Source of the DNA: Patescibacteria group bacterium
Lineage (GTDB): Bacteria > Patescibacteriota > Patescibacteriia > JAHJFT01
Assembly: GCA_028710985.1 (NCBI GenBank)
Contig: JAQTTB010000001.1
Span: forward strand, 231,397 to 295,396
DNA: 64,000 bases
Reading direction: 5' to 3'
Part shown: in pieces, positions 36,904 through 45,583 of the stretch
How the letters are laid out: each line of letters opens with the position of its first letter
Numbering within the stretch: the stretch's first letter is position 1
Notes under the pieces: generated by a model
Told to the model about the DNA's origin: nothing
Database searches by the model: none
What the model saw: only the letters and a program-made list of their open reading frames with translations
Made by a program: the position numbers and the translations under genes

Positions 36904-38086
36904 AAATAAACTTAGTTGGTGACATTGATCGTATTTTTTGGACAACCGACGGCAAAATCTTGAGCACATAATCAAGATCCGCCTTTTTTGTCTCCCGGCC
37001 GAGCGTAAAGCGCACCGAAGAATGTGCCACTTCGTGCGGCGCGCCGCAGGCAAGTATCACGTGCGAGGGATCAAGCGACCGCGAAGTGCACGCCGACCCG
37101 GATGAAACCGACACGCCTTTGGCATCAAGGTACAAAATCATCGCCTCCCCCTCGGCGTTCAAGAAAGAAAAATTTATATTGTTTGGCAACCTCTCCGTCG
37201 CATGGCCGTTGAGATAAGCGTCCGGAATTATTTTTAGAACTTTTTTTATAAAATAATCTCTGAGCGCCACGAGCCGCTTATTTTCCCGCGCGCGCCCGGC
37301 CGAAGCAATTTCCAACGCCTTGGCGAGGCCGACGATTGCCGAAACATTTTCCGTGCCCGGGCGGCGACCCGCTTCTTGCCCGCCGCCGAAGGTAAGGGAT
37401 TCAAATTTTGCCCCGGCCCGCGTGTAGAGCAGCCCCGCGCCCTTGGGCCCGTAAACCTTGCTGCCGTTTAATGTTAAAAAATCAACGTGTAATTTTTCCA
37501 CATTTAAATCCACGGCGCCGGCCGCCTGGCACGCATCGGTATGAAAAAGCGGATACCCCGTACCGTGCGCCTTGCGCCATTTTAAAATTCGCTTGCCGAT
37601 TTCCGCGATTGGCTGAATGGTGCCGATTTCATTGTTCGCCGCCATCACGGAAACCAAAATCGTATTTTTGGTAATTAACCTCTCCACTTCGTCCGGATCA
37701 ACGATTCCAAACTTATCAACCCCGGCTTCGGTGACGCGGAAACCTTCTTTTTCGCGGAGATGGTGCATTGGCTCAAGCACGGCATGGTGTTCAATCGCCG
37801 AGGCCACAAGATGGTTGCCGGCCGCCCGGTTCGCCCGCGCCGCGCCCAAAACCGCCATGTTATCCGACTCCGTACCGCCCGAGCAAAAAATAATCTCCCG
37901 GGGGCGGCAATTTAAAAATCCGGCCGCGCTCCGCCGTGCCGCCTCAACTGCATTCTGGGCTTCTTTACCCACGGAATGGAAACTTGAAGGATTGCCAAAA
38001 CGTTCACCCAGATATGGCATCATTTCGGCCATGACACGCCGGTCAAGCCGGGTCGTTGCCGCATTGTCCAAGTATATTTTTTTCAT
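36890..38086 (-). CDS. cysteine desulfurase (NifS/IscS, class V aminotransferase)
   Basis: MKKIYLDNAATTRLD and FLTLNGSKVYGPKGAG (PLP Lys region) are present, and SSGSACTS is the active-site Cys loop. Confidence 0.85.
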   Translation of the reverse strand: MKKIYLDNAATTRLDRRVMAEMMPYLGERFGNPSSFHSVGKEAQNAVEAARRSAAGFLNCRPREIIFCSGGTESDNMAVLGAARANRAAGNHLVASAIEHHAVLEPMHHLREKEGFRVTEAGVDKFGIVDPDEVERLITKNTILVSVMAANNEIGTIQPIAEIGKRILKWRKAHGTGYPLFHTDACQAAGAVDLNVEKLHVDFLTLNGSKVYGPKGAGLLYTRAGAKFESLTFGGGQEAGRRPGTENVSAIVGLAKALEIASAGRARENKRLVALRDYFIKKVLKIIPDAYLNGHATERLPNNINFSFLNAEGEAMILYLDAKGVSVSSGSACTSRSLDPSHVILACGAPHEVAHSSVRFTLGRETKKADLDYVLKILPSVVQKIRSMSPTKFIYEKK

Positions 38087-38140
38087 AATAATAGAATATC
38101 AGAAAACCCTAAAATTTGCTATAATATACGCATCAAACTT

Positions 38141-39121
38141 ATGTCTAAACAAATTACCATCATCGGCTGCGGCAATATGGGCACCGCCATGGCGCAGATG
38201 CTCGCAAAGGGCGGACATCGCGTCGCGATTTGGTGCGTTGAACCCGCCGTTCTTCGGGAAATCGGCAAAAAAAGACAAAATAAGAAATATCTCCCCGACG
38301 TAAAACTTGACCGCAAGATTTGGCCGGCTTCAAGCCTCTCCGCAGCGCAGAGAGGCGCCGACGCCGTTCTCTTGGCCGTCCCATCCCGGGTTGTTTTGGA
38401 CGTTCTTCATCGCGCTCTCCGATCCATCGGCAAAAAAACCTTAATCATTTCTGTCATCAAGGGCCTTGATCCTAAAAGCCTGCGCCCGGTTGCCGAAGAA
38501 ATCCTGCACTTCCTTCCCAAGGATTTAAAAAATAACTTTGTAAGCATGACTGGTCCGGCCATGGCCGGTGAAATCGCCCGCGGATTTCCGACCACCGTGG
38601 AAATCGCATCATTGAGTCCGGCATCCAGCCACGAAGCGAAAAAAATTCTTCAAACTCCGGAATTCAAAGTGCACATTATCCGCGACCTACGCGGCGCCGC
38701 GCTCTGCGCTTCACTCAAAAATGTTTATGCCATCCTTTTCGGCATGGCCGGCGCGCTCGGCCAAGAGCTCAACGCCAAATCCGAACTTTTGAAACAAATT
38801 ATTGAGGAGATGCGCCGCATTCTCCCTCCGCTCGGCGGCAAATCCAAAACCGCCCTCTCGCTCTCCGGTCTAGGCGATCTTCTGGTGACAGTCATGAGTT
38901 CAAAAAGCCGCAACGTCACCTACGGCCGGCTGGCGGTCGGACGGCGGAGAATCCTCTCCCCGGCCGCGCTCGGCATGAAACAAACCGCCGAAGGCTACTT
39001 CGCCGCCCCGCTTTTTGCCAAACTTTTCCGGAAGAAAAAAATCCGCGCCCCGCTCGCGATCCTGGTAAACGACATCCTGCAAAACAAAATCAGCCCGAAA
39101 AAGGGGCTGCAAAAAATATAA
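38141..39121 (+). CDS. gpsA: NAD(P)H-dependent glycerol-3-phosphate dehydrogenase
   Basis: IIGCGNMGTAMAQML is the N-terminal Rossmann fold. The conserved GpsA core and length are present. Confidence 0.85.
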   Translation: MSKQITIIGCGNMGTAMAQMLAKGGHRVAIWCVEPAVLREIGKKRQNKKYLPDVKLDRKIWPASSLSAAQRGADAVLLAVPSRVVLDVLHRALRSIGKKTLIISVIKGLDPKSLRPVAEEILHFLPKDLKNNFVSMTGPAMAGEIARGFPTTVEIASLSPASSHEAKKILQTPEFKVHIIRDLRGAALCASLKNVYAILFGMAGALGQELNAKSELLKQIIEEMRRILPPLGGKSKTALSLSGLGDLLVTVMSSKSRNVTYGRLAVGRRRILSPAALGMKQTAEGYFAAPLFAKLFRKKKIRAPLAILVNDILQNKISPKKGLQKI

Positions 39122-39126
39122 TATTT

Positions 39127-39174
39127 CATGTACGGGGCGCATATATGCGAAATGTACGGGGCGCATATATGCGA
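39127..39174. repeat. tandem direct repeat (ATGTACGGGGCGCATATATGCGA x2) with a terminal inverted complement cccgtacat; a probable bidirectional terminator
   Basis: It lies between the convergent genes gpsA and the VIT-family gene. Confidence 0.7.
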
Positions 39175-39183
39175 CCCGTACAT

Positions 39184-39741
39184 TTATTTCAAATATTCTC
39201 CCGCCATCCGGCCAACGGCATAACCCACTACGATTGCCGCAAAACAAAGCACCGCAATCTCCAACCCGCTCTTCCACCACAATTTGCCCGTGAATTTCGT
39301 CTTCAGCGCGCCGAGCAAAAAAAGCGCAACAATTGTGAACAGAATGGACGGAAAAATTGCCGCCATGACCGGCATGAAAAAAAACGGCAGAAGAGGCAGG
39401 AAACCGCCGATGACATAAGACACAAACATCACGAGCCCGCGCCTCGCGTCAAGCGCCTCGGCCGATTGCTCGGTCCGCGCAAAAAACCGGCGGCGCGGAT
39501 ACATGCCCTCTTTTACCTCGCGTTCGGATTTTGAAGAAATATAAGTCCCAAGACCCATAGAAAGGGATTCCACAAAAATAATCACCAGACCGGAGAGGAT
39601 TACCACGAACCGATCACGGCTTCCTTCAGCGATGCCAATTATTGCGCCAAGCGTTGAGACCAGACTGTCCTGAAAACCGAATACAACCTGATAAATGTAC
39701 CTCCCAACGATTTCGCGTATTTTTTTGGATGACTCGGCCAT
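39184..39741 (-). CDS. VIT1/CCC1-family iron/manganese transporter-like membrane protein
   Basis: FGFQDSLVSTLGAIIGIAEG and SMGLGTYISSKSE match the VIT-family N-terminal region. There are 5 TM segments. Confidence 0.6.
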   Translation of the reverse strand: MAESSKKIREIVGRYIYQVVFGFQDSLVSTLGAIIGIAEGSRDRFVVILSGLVIIFVESLSMGLGTYISSKSEREVKEGMYPRRRFFARTEQSAEALDARRGLVMFVSYVIGGFLPLLPFFFMPVMAAIFPSILFTIVALFLLGALKTKFTGKLWWKSGLEIAVLCFAAIVVGYAVGRMAGEYLK

Positions 39742-39807
39742 ATATTTTAGTTTATCAGAAATTTCAAGTATAATATAGTGTAGATATTAAGAATTAGAAT
39801 TTTATCT

Positions 39808-40272
39808 ATGCGCATTCCTCAAGACCTGCAGCAGCCCGGCGAGAACACCCTTCTGGTCGTTGCCAACACGCAGACAGCTTTAATATACGCGAATGACGGC
39901 GAAAACATCGTGCTCGCCAAAAAAATATTTTTTGAAAAAGAACGCGCGAGCGATAAAGAAGGCTGCGCGATGAGGTCTGCCCGCGGCCCGAGCGGCGGCC
40001 GTCAAATCCAGGGACTCGACAACGTCGCACCCATCGCCGATGACGATCACCTACTCATCGACCATCTCTGCAAAACCCTGGACAATGAGCTCTTTACCCG
40101 CTTCAAAAATAAAGAATTTGAAAAATGGTATCTTGTCGCGCCGGATTATATAATAAAAATCGTCAAAAACCAGATGCATCCGTATCTTAAAAAATCGCTT
40201 TCAAAAACTCTTCCGCAAAATCTGGTGCGGCGCGGTGCCCTTGAAATCCTAAAAAAAATTCGTGAAAAATAA
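39808..40272 (+). CDS. hypothetical protein
   Basis: A 154-aa ORF with no confident family. Confidence 0.4.
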   Translation: MRIPQDLQQPGENTLLVVANTQTALIYANDGENIVLAKKIFFEKERASDKEGCAMRSARGPSGGRQIQGLDNVAPIADDDHLLIDHLCKTLDNELFTRFKNKEFEKWYLVAPDYIIKIVKNQMHPYLKKSLSKTLPQNLVRRGALEILKKIREK

Positions 40273-40340
40273 AAAAAGCCCCGGCGACCGGATGAACCGG
40301 GCGGGGCGAGAACCAGACTCAGGGCAAGAACCTTAGCGCG

Positions 40341-40562
40341 TCAGCTGATGGACGACGAAACCTTGTCCTTCGGCTCGGGCAAAACGAGAGACATCTGCCT
40401 CTCTCCCCCGAGGTTCAGCCGGACCTGGGTCGGATCGATTGGGCGCAGTGGCAACTCGCGCTCGAGACCGCGATAGTCCACGCCGTCATCACCCATGCCG
40501 CAGGGACAAATACCTCCCTCGTCAAAATAATTGCCGCAATGTGTGCACCTGATCTGCATCAT
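40341..40562 (-). CDS. small zinc-ribbon protein (CxxC...CPCG)
   Basis: MMQIRCTHCGNYFDEGGICPCG. Confidence 0.4.
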   Translation of the reverse strand: MMQIRCTHCGNYFDEGGICPCGMGDDGVDYRGLERELPLRPIDPTQVRLNLGGERQMSLVLPEPKDKVSSSIS

Positions 40563-40629
40563 CTCCTCCTTGTCGAAAACCTAAAACGATTATAAATCAA
40601 CGTTAAAAATAAATCAAGTAAAAAATTTT

Positions 40630-41334
40630 ATGAAAAAATTTTTCATCCTGCCAATAATATTCGCGCTCCTGCTCCTTGGCGCCGGCTGTGGCAAAGATTC
40701 TGGCACGACCGAAACATCTCCGACTCCATCCGACTCACTTGAGGAAATCACTTCCAAGGCCGAAAAAATCCAAGAAATGAGTTGCGACCTCGTGGTAACC
40801 AGTGGCGAAGAGCCGGAATATACCGCAAAAATGTATATGAAGGGCACGCGCATGCGCCAAGAATTTGAACTCCAGGGACAAAAAATCGTTATGCTCGGTG
40901 ATATGGCAACCGCGCTTTATATGTATTATCCGGACAAAAATACCGCAATCAAAACGGATCTCAGTGAAAGCCAAGATAAAACCAAAAATAATCCCTATGA
41001 ATATATTGATGAATCCGCGGATTCAACGACCATTATCGGCCACGAAACCATTGATAACAAAAAATGCGTTGTCACTGAAACCAAAACCGGGGTCGGCGAA
41101 AATCTGATTATCAAAAAAATGTGGATTTGGGAAAAGTATGACATGCCGATTAAAATCGTAAGCACGAGCGGAAATCAAGTAACCACCACGGAATACAAAA
41201 ATATTGAAATCGGCAACCAGTCCGACGCCCTGTTCGAACTTCCGGCTGGCGTACAAATAATCGACATGGGTGCGCTTATGCAGGGCAACCTTGATGCCGA
41301 CGCCCTCAAGACGCTTGAAGGTCTTGGACAATAA
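40630..41334 (+). CDS. hypothetical lipoprotein
   Basis: The signal peptide carries the lipobox LLGAGCG. The protein is 234 aa. Confidence 0.5.
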   Translation: MKKFFILPIIFALLLLGAGCGKDSGTTETSPTPSDSLEEITSKAEKIQEMSCDLVVTSGEEPEYTAKMYMKGTRMRQEFELQGQKIVMLGDMATALYMYYPDKNTAIKTDLSESQDKTKNNPYEYIDESADSTTIIGHETIDNKKCVVTETKTGVGENLIIKKMWIWEKYDMPIKIVSTSGNQVTTTEYKNIEIGNQSDALFELPAGVQIIDMGALMQGNLDADALKTLEGLGQ

Positions 41335-41341
41335 AAGAATT

Positions 41342-41377
41342 AAAAAACGCCCGCAGATGGGGTGACCAGAGGGAATT
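41342..41377. repeat. 36-bp duplicate of the tRNA-His 3' end plus downstream flank (identical to 41535-41570)
   Basis: aaaaaacgcccgcagatggggtgaccagagggaatt occurs twice, 193 bp apart. The first copy is not part of a tRNA. Confidence 0.7.
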
Positions 41378-41550
41378 TCACATCGTCCCCCGCACCGCGG
41401 GGGACTCTTGCGGGAACCTTCAGGTTCCCGCAGGCCCTCCTCCGAATGTAAGAGGGCTCCGCCCCCTTACCATCCCCTGGTTCAATTCCCATTCCGAAAG
41501 TGCACCTTCTCGACAAAAAAATATTTCGCAAAATAAAAAACGCCCGCAGA

Positions 41551-41625
41551 TGGGGTGACCAGAGGGAATTGAACCCTCGTCATCGGAGCCACAATCCGAT
41601 GCTCTACCATTGAGCTATGGCCACC
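41551..41625 (-). tRNA. tRNA-His (anticodon GTG) with G-1, CCA encoded
   Basis: The minus-strand read is G-GTGGCCA-TA-GCTC-AATGGTA-GAGC-A-TCGGA-TTGTGGC-TCCGA-TGAC-GAGGG-TTCAATT-CCCTC-TGGTCAC-C-CCA. Confidence 0.85.
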
Positions 41626-41655
41626 CAACCACGGACGTTTTTATTTTTAATTAGT

Positions 41656-42417
41656 TTACTCCGCTTTTTTATTTTTATCGTTGTATGTTTCAAACGCACG
41701 CAGGACTTCAAGCGGAATCGCAAAGACAATTGTGTTTGACTGGTCCGAAGAAACATCGTTGATCGTGGAAAGCGTCCGGAGATGAAGCGCGCCCGGACTT
41801 TTGGCGAGCGTCTCCGCCGCCTTGCGCAGATTCTCCGAGGCGGATACTTCACCCTCGGCCTTGATGACCACCGCGCGCCGCTCCCGTTCGGCTTCGGCTT
41901 GCTTGGCGATCACTCTCTGCATGTTCTCCGGCAGGGTGATATCTTTGAGATCGACCGACTGCACTTCAATGCCCCACGGATCAGTTAGCTTTTCAACAAT
42001 GTCCCTGATTTTTTGCGATGCCTCTTCGCGCTTTGAAAGAAGCTCGTCCAAATCCATCTGGCCGCAGACATTTCTCATCGTGGTCTGCGCGAGCTGCGAC
42101 GTGGCGTAGCGGAAATCTTCAACTTCAATAATGGCCTTTTGCGCTTCTTTAACTTTGTAATATATAACCGCGTTTATCTTGGTGGATACATTATCACGGG
42201 TAATGGCTTCCTGAAAAGGCACGTCCGTGGCTTTGACGCGGATATCGACTTTTTGCATGCCCTGAAAAATCGGAAAAACCAGCCGCCATCCCGGCTCCAG
42301 GACTTTTTTATACTTGCCAAGCTGAAATTTCACTCCGCGCTCATACTGCTTTATCTGCCGGATTGAAATCAGAATCACGAAAAGAACTACGCCGACTATC
42401 CAATATAATATATCCAT
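41656..42417 (-). CDS. SPFH/band-7 (stomatin/prohibitin-like) membrane protein
   Basis: An N-terminal TM segment is followed by the SPFH core (VDIRVKATDVPFQEAITRDNVSTKINAVIYYKV) and a C-terminal coiled coil. Confidence 0.8.
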   Translation of the reverse strand: MDILYWIVGVVLFVILISIRQIKQYERGVKFQLGKYKKVLEPGWRLVFPIFQGMQKVDIRVKATDVPFQEAITRDNVSTKINAVIYYKVKEAQKAIIEVEDFRYATSQLAQTTMRNVCGQMDLDELLSKREEASQKIRDIVEKLTDPWGIEVQSVDLKDITLPENMQRVIAKQAEAERERRAVVIKAEGEVSASENLRKAAETLAKSPGALHLRTLSTINDVSSDQSNTIVFAIPLEVLRAFETYNDKNKKAE

Positions 42418-42511
42418 ACATTTAAAATTTAAAATTGAATTAAAATATTATTGAAAAATTTTCCGCCCGAGGCGGATGCGCCTCTGGCGCAAAAATTGCC
42501 CGAAGGGCTGG

Positions 42512-42621
42512 TACGCCCAGTAGGAATCGAACCTACATATCCAGCTTACCTGCCCGCCAGTGCCTCTACCCCCAGTAGGAATCGAACCTACATATCCAGC
42601 TTACCTGCCCGCCAGTGCCTC
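42512..42621 (-). repeat. two tandem 55-bp units, each a tRNA-Arg 3' half (anticodon-stem 3' strand to acceptor end) plus a 24-nt flank (CCTGCCCGCCAGTGCCTCTAC-containing)
   Basis: cccagtaggaatcgaacctacatatccagcttacctgcccgccagtgcctctac is repeated. The outermost copy ends in the acceptor TGGGCGT rather than TGGGGGT. Confidence 0.7.
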
Positions 42622-42693
42622 TACCCCCAGTAGGAATCGAACCTACATATCCAGCTTAGAAGGCTGGTGTTCTATCCATTGAACTATAGGGGC
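42622..42693 (-). tRNA. tRNA-Arg (anticodon TCT)
   Basis: The minus-strand read is GCCCCTA-TA-GTTC-AATGGATA-GAAC-A-CCAGC-CTTCTAA-GCTGG-ATAT-GTAGG-TTCGATT-CCTAC-TGGGGGT-A. The acceptor stem has two G-U pairs. Confidence 0.7.
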
Positions 42694-42712
42694 ACAGGCC
42701 ATGGCAGGCGGG

Positions 42713-42747
42713 GAAGGCTGGTGTTCTATCCATTGAACTATGGGCGC
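42713..42747 (-). pseudogene. isolated tRNA-Arg 5' half (acceptor GCGCCCA through the anticodon loop CTTC), complementary to the outermost 3' half at 42512-42545
   Basis: GCGCCCATAGTTCAATGGATAGAACACCAGCCTTC is followed by the linker CCCGCCTGCCATGGCCTGT (revcomp CCATGGCAGGCGGG, also seen at 52420). Confidence 0.5.
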
Positions 42748-42758
42748 ATAAATTTTTT

Positions 42759-42830
42759 TGCCCCCGAGAGGAATTGAACCTCTATTTAGAGCTTAGGAGT
42801 CTCCCGTTCTATCCGTTGAACTACAGGGGC
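42759..42830 (-). tRNA. tRNA-Arg (anticodon CCT)
   Basis: The minus-strand read is GCCCCTG-TA-GTTC-AACGGATA-GAAC-G-GGAGA-CTCCTAA-GCTCT-AAAT-AGAGG-TTCAATT-CCTCT-CGGGGGC-A. There is one A-G mismatch at the base of the anticodon stem. Confidence 0.6.
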
Positions 42831-42839
42831 ATGATTCAA

Positions 42840-43070
42840 CTATCGCCTTGACAATCTTTTTACTTTTCTTTTTTTAATAAACCTTTCTCTGCGATAGGCC
42901 TCTTCAATACTATCAAATTCTTCGATTCTGGCAATCTTCCATGGCTTAAATGCCGAAGTATATCGGGATAATCCATTATTATGCTGAGCCAATCTTCTTT
43001 TTATATTATTTGTAACTCCAACATAATAACTGCCATTTTTTAAACTTTCTAGAATATATAGAAAATGCAT
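42840..43070 (-). CDS. GIY-YIG nuclease family protein (UPF0213-like)
   Basis: MHFLYILESLKNGSYYVGVTNNIKRRLAQHNNG...EEAYRRERFIKK. The ORF ends 9 nt before the tRNA-Arg(CCT) 5' end, on the same strand. Confidence 0.8.
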   Translation of the reverse strand: MHFLYILESLKNGSYYVGVTNNIKRRLAQHNNGLSRYTSAFKPWKIARIEEFDSIEEAYRRERFIKKRKVKRLSRR

Positions 43071-43083
43071 CTTTAAAATATTA

Positions 43084-43190
43084 GAAGACCTCTATTGTAT
43101 CCATTGAATCCCGACGTTCCGCCGCAGGCGGAAGTCGGGATCCCGACCCCCCGACCCCGCGGGCGTCGGGGCGTCGGGACTACAGGGGCG
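43084..43190 (-). pseudogene. degenerate tRNA-Arg 5' fragment (GCCCCTGTAGT ... TTCAATGGATA ... CTTCTAA) split by a ~70-bp GC hairpin insertion, immediately upstream of the GIY-YIG start
   Basis: The minus-strand read is CGCCCCTGTAGT-[cccgacgcc...gtcggga hairpins]-TTCAATGGATACAATAGAGGTCTTCTAATATTTTAAAG-ATG(GIY-YIG). This is the same layout as at 11069-11140. Confidence 0.45.
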
Positions 43191-43228
43191 AAAAAACGCT
43201 CTAAATATAGCACAAAATTAATACACTG

Positions 43229-44179
43229 TCAATCATCGCGCCGCTGTTTTCCGTGGAATGCCTGATGGACCTCGCGGAGCTGCTTATTCGTGATATGGGT
43301 ATATATCTGCGTCGTGGTGATTGACGAATGCCCGAGCATTGACTGCACCGAACGGATGTCCGCTCCGTTCATCAAGAGATCCGTGGCGAACGAATGGCGC
43401 AGAGTATGCGGCGATACATGCTTGGTAATGCCGGCGGCTTTGCTGTAGCGCTCAATCAGTCGCTGGATGCTCCGCGGCGTGAGCCGCGCGTCTTTTTCGG
43501 ACGCGGCCGCTGCGCCCTTGGCCCGGTCGTGACGCACAAAAAACGCCGGATGCGCGTCATTTCGTTTTTTCAGATATTCATGGAGCCAAAATTTCGCCTG
43601 ATTGGATAAAAACACCACGCGCGTCTTTGAACCCTTGCCGCGAACCGTGAATTCATCGCGGTCAAGATTCACGTCTTCAATATCCAGGCCCACGAGCTCG
43701 GAAACGCGCATGCCGGTTGAAAATAAAAGTTCAAGAATGGCGCGGTCGCGTTTGGCGATGATCTCCGGCTGTTTTAATTTCTGCGGCTGCTCAATCAGGC
43801 GGTCCAAATCTCCGCCTTCCAAAAAATCAACCTGCCGGTCCGGCATTTTCGCGAGCTCAATCTTTTCCGCCGGCATGGTCTTGATGTCCCGCTTGGCCAG
43901 ATACTTGAGCCAGGCGCGGAGCGCGATGAGATGATAATTCTGCGTTGATTTGGAAAGCGGCTGTTTAAATTTGTCTTCCATCCGGTTGAGATAAAGCCGG
44001 AAATCGCGCACCCGGTCGGCGGTGATCTCCTCGGGCTTGGCGATCTTGGCCCAATCCAAAAATCTCTGAAGATAAAATTCGTAATTCGCCCGCGTCCGCC
44101 GGCTCCGGCCTTTTTCAATTTCAAGATAATCAAGAAAATCACCAAGCAGCTGCTGAATTTTTGTTGTCGGCTTTGCCAT
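43229..44179 (-). CDS. tyrosine recombinase, XerC/XerD family (could also be an integrase for the adjacent tRNA-linked repeats)
   Basis: The N-terminal core-binding domain is followed by C-terminal HTLRHSFATDLLMNGADIRSVQSMLGHSSITTTQIYTH, which carries the R...HxxR...Y catalytic motifs. Confidence 0.85.
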   Translation of the reverse strand: MAKPTTKIQQLLGDFLDYLEIEKGRSRRTRANYEFYLQRFLDWAKIAKPEEITADRVRDFRLYLNRMEDKFKQPLSKSTQNYHLIALRAWLKYLAKRDIKTMPAEKIELAKMPDRQVDFLEGGDLDRLIEQPQKLKQPEIIAKRDRAILELLFSTGMRVSELVGLDIEDVNLDRDEFTVRGKGSKTRVVFLSNQAKFWLHEYLKKRNDAHPAFFVRHDRAKGAAAASEKDARLTPRSIQRLIERYSKAAGITKHVSPHTLRHSFATDLLMNGADIRSVQSMLGHSSITTTQIYTHITNKQLREVHQAFHGKQRRDD

Positions 44180-44241
44180 ATTGACAAAAATCGTTTTTTA
44201 TTGTATTGTTCCTGGTCCCTTTGATTGAAAAAGGAGAAGCC

Positions 44242-44649
44242 ATGGCCAATGAGAAAAGCATCTCCGTGAGCGCGACCCCGGCACAGCTTAGGCTCATGAT
44301 CGCGAGCGCGATTGATGCCCTGCTTTCCGACCTCGGGGATTCCGAGGAAACCGTGACCATCACCCTCACCCCCGGTCCGATCGGAGCAAGACGTGCTCTC
44401 GAGCTCCCCTACGATCCGTCGGCTCTTCGGGATCTGCTCATCCAGATCGCGAAAAGCGCCGGAATAACCGAGCCCACTAACAAGGTTCTCGCTCAAGCCT
44501 TGAACATCGATCCCGGGTTTCTTTCAAGAGTTATGAACGGCAAAGGCCGCCTCACCAAAAAGCGCGCCCGCGCCATCTACGATCGAATGGCGCACAAAGG
44601 CGCGAGCAGCAAGCTGCTCGACAAGCTGCTCATCCTGATCGACAGTTGA
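44242..44649 (+). CDS. hypothetical protein (possible HTH near the C-terminus)
   Basis: The start is at MANEKS, preceded by AAAGGAG. Confidence 0.4.
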   Translation: MANEKSISVSATPAQLRLMIASAIDALLSDLGDSEETVTITLTPGPIGARRALELPYDPSALRDLLIQIAKSAGITEPTNKVLAQALNIDPGFLSRVMNGKGRLTKKRARAIYDRMAHKGASSKLLDKLLILIDS

Positions 44650-44869
44650 TTACCTGCCGGTTTCCCCCTGCCCTGCCTATCTCGCCCCCGCCTCGGGAGT
44701 GAGATTTTTTTATCTGTTTTAAAGGGCCAGTCTTGACAAAAGTGCTAATTTATGATATAATTTCCCGTTAAATTGGAGGAGTGCTTTACCTGGGCAGATT
44801 AAAGATTTGAAGCCTTCTTCCAATCTTTAATTCGCCCTTTTTTATTAACTTCCACAAGGAGAGGATATA

Positions 44870-45583
44870 ATGGCCTACACCGAAGAGCACGCCCGCGCCG
44901 AAAACCTTGGTCTTGCGACCGGACTCGGTATCATCGGGCTCGTGATTCTCCTCGGCATCGTCTGGGGTGTCGGCAGCCTATACGCCGCCTCCCAGGAGTG
45001 GAAGCACTCATTCAAGACCCCGACCCGTCAGCAGACCGCGGCTCCCCGGATCGCCATCGCTCCCCCCGCCTCGACCGCCACCAGTGCTTTCCAGGATTCC
45101 CGTTGCATCGGCAACCCCTGGAGCCAGCCCGCCGCCGACGCATTCGGCGTCCCCGAGCCGCTCCTCGGATGCATGCACTACGCGGAGACCCGTTGCGGCA
45201 CCGGCGGCCTAGTAGAAGGCGGCTATCAGGCAGTGACGGCCGTCAAGAATCTCCCCCGGCCCGTAACGAACGCTCAAGCGCTCGCCAAGATCGCGACTCA
45301 CATCGGTGTTCCGATCGAAGACATGCGCTCCAACCGCGTCGGCGCCATGGGCCCGTTCCAATTCGTTCCCGCCACCTGGCTCGCTTACGCGGCCGACGGC
45401 GACCGCGACGGCATCGCGAGCCCCTACGATCTGGCGGATGCGACGTTCACCACCGCGAATCATCTTGCCCAAGCCCATGCCAAACGCGGCAACTGGGCCA
45501 AGGTGCTCCACGGCTGGAACCGGAGCCACAGTCCGCAGGTCAAGAAGAACATCCGTAACATTCTCGCCTGCGCCGGCCTCTAA
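44870..45583 (+). CDS. lytic transglycosylase-like (SLT/lysozyme-like domain) membrane-anchored protein
   Basis: An N-terminal TM segment and a Pro/Ala-rich linker are followed by GAMGPFQFVPATW...DGDRDGIASPYDLADATFT, which is the transglycosylase motif. Confidence 0.6.
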   Translation: MAYTEEHARAENLGLATGLGIIGLVILLGIVWGVGSLYAASQEWKHSFKTPTRQQTAAPRIAIAPPASTATSAFQDSRCIGNPWSQPAADAFGVPEPLLGCMHYAETRCGTGGLVEGGYQAVTAVKNLPRPVTNAQALAKIATHIGVPIEDMRSNRVGAMGPFQFVPATWLAYAADGDRDGIASPYDLADATFTTANHLAQAHAKRGNWAKVLHGWNRSHSPQVKKNIRNILACAGL

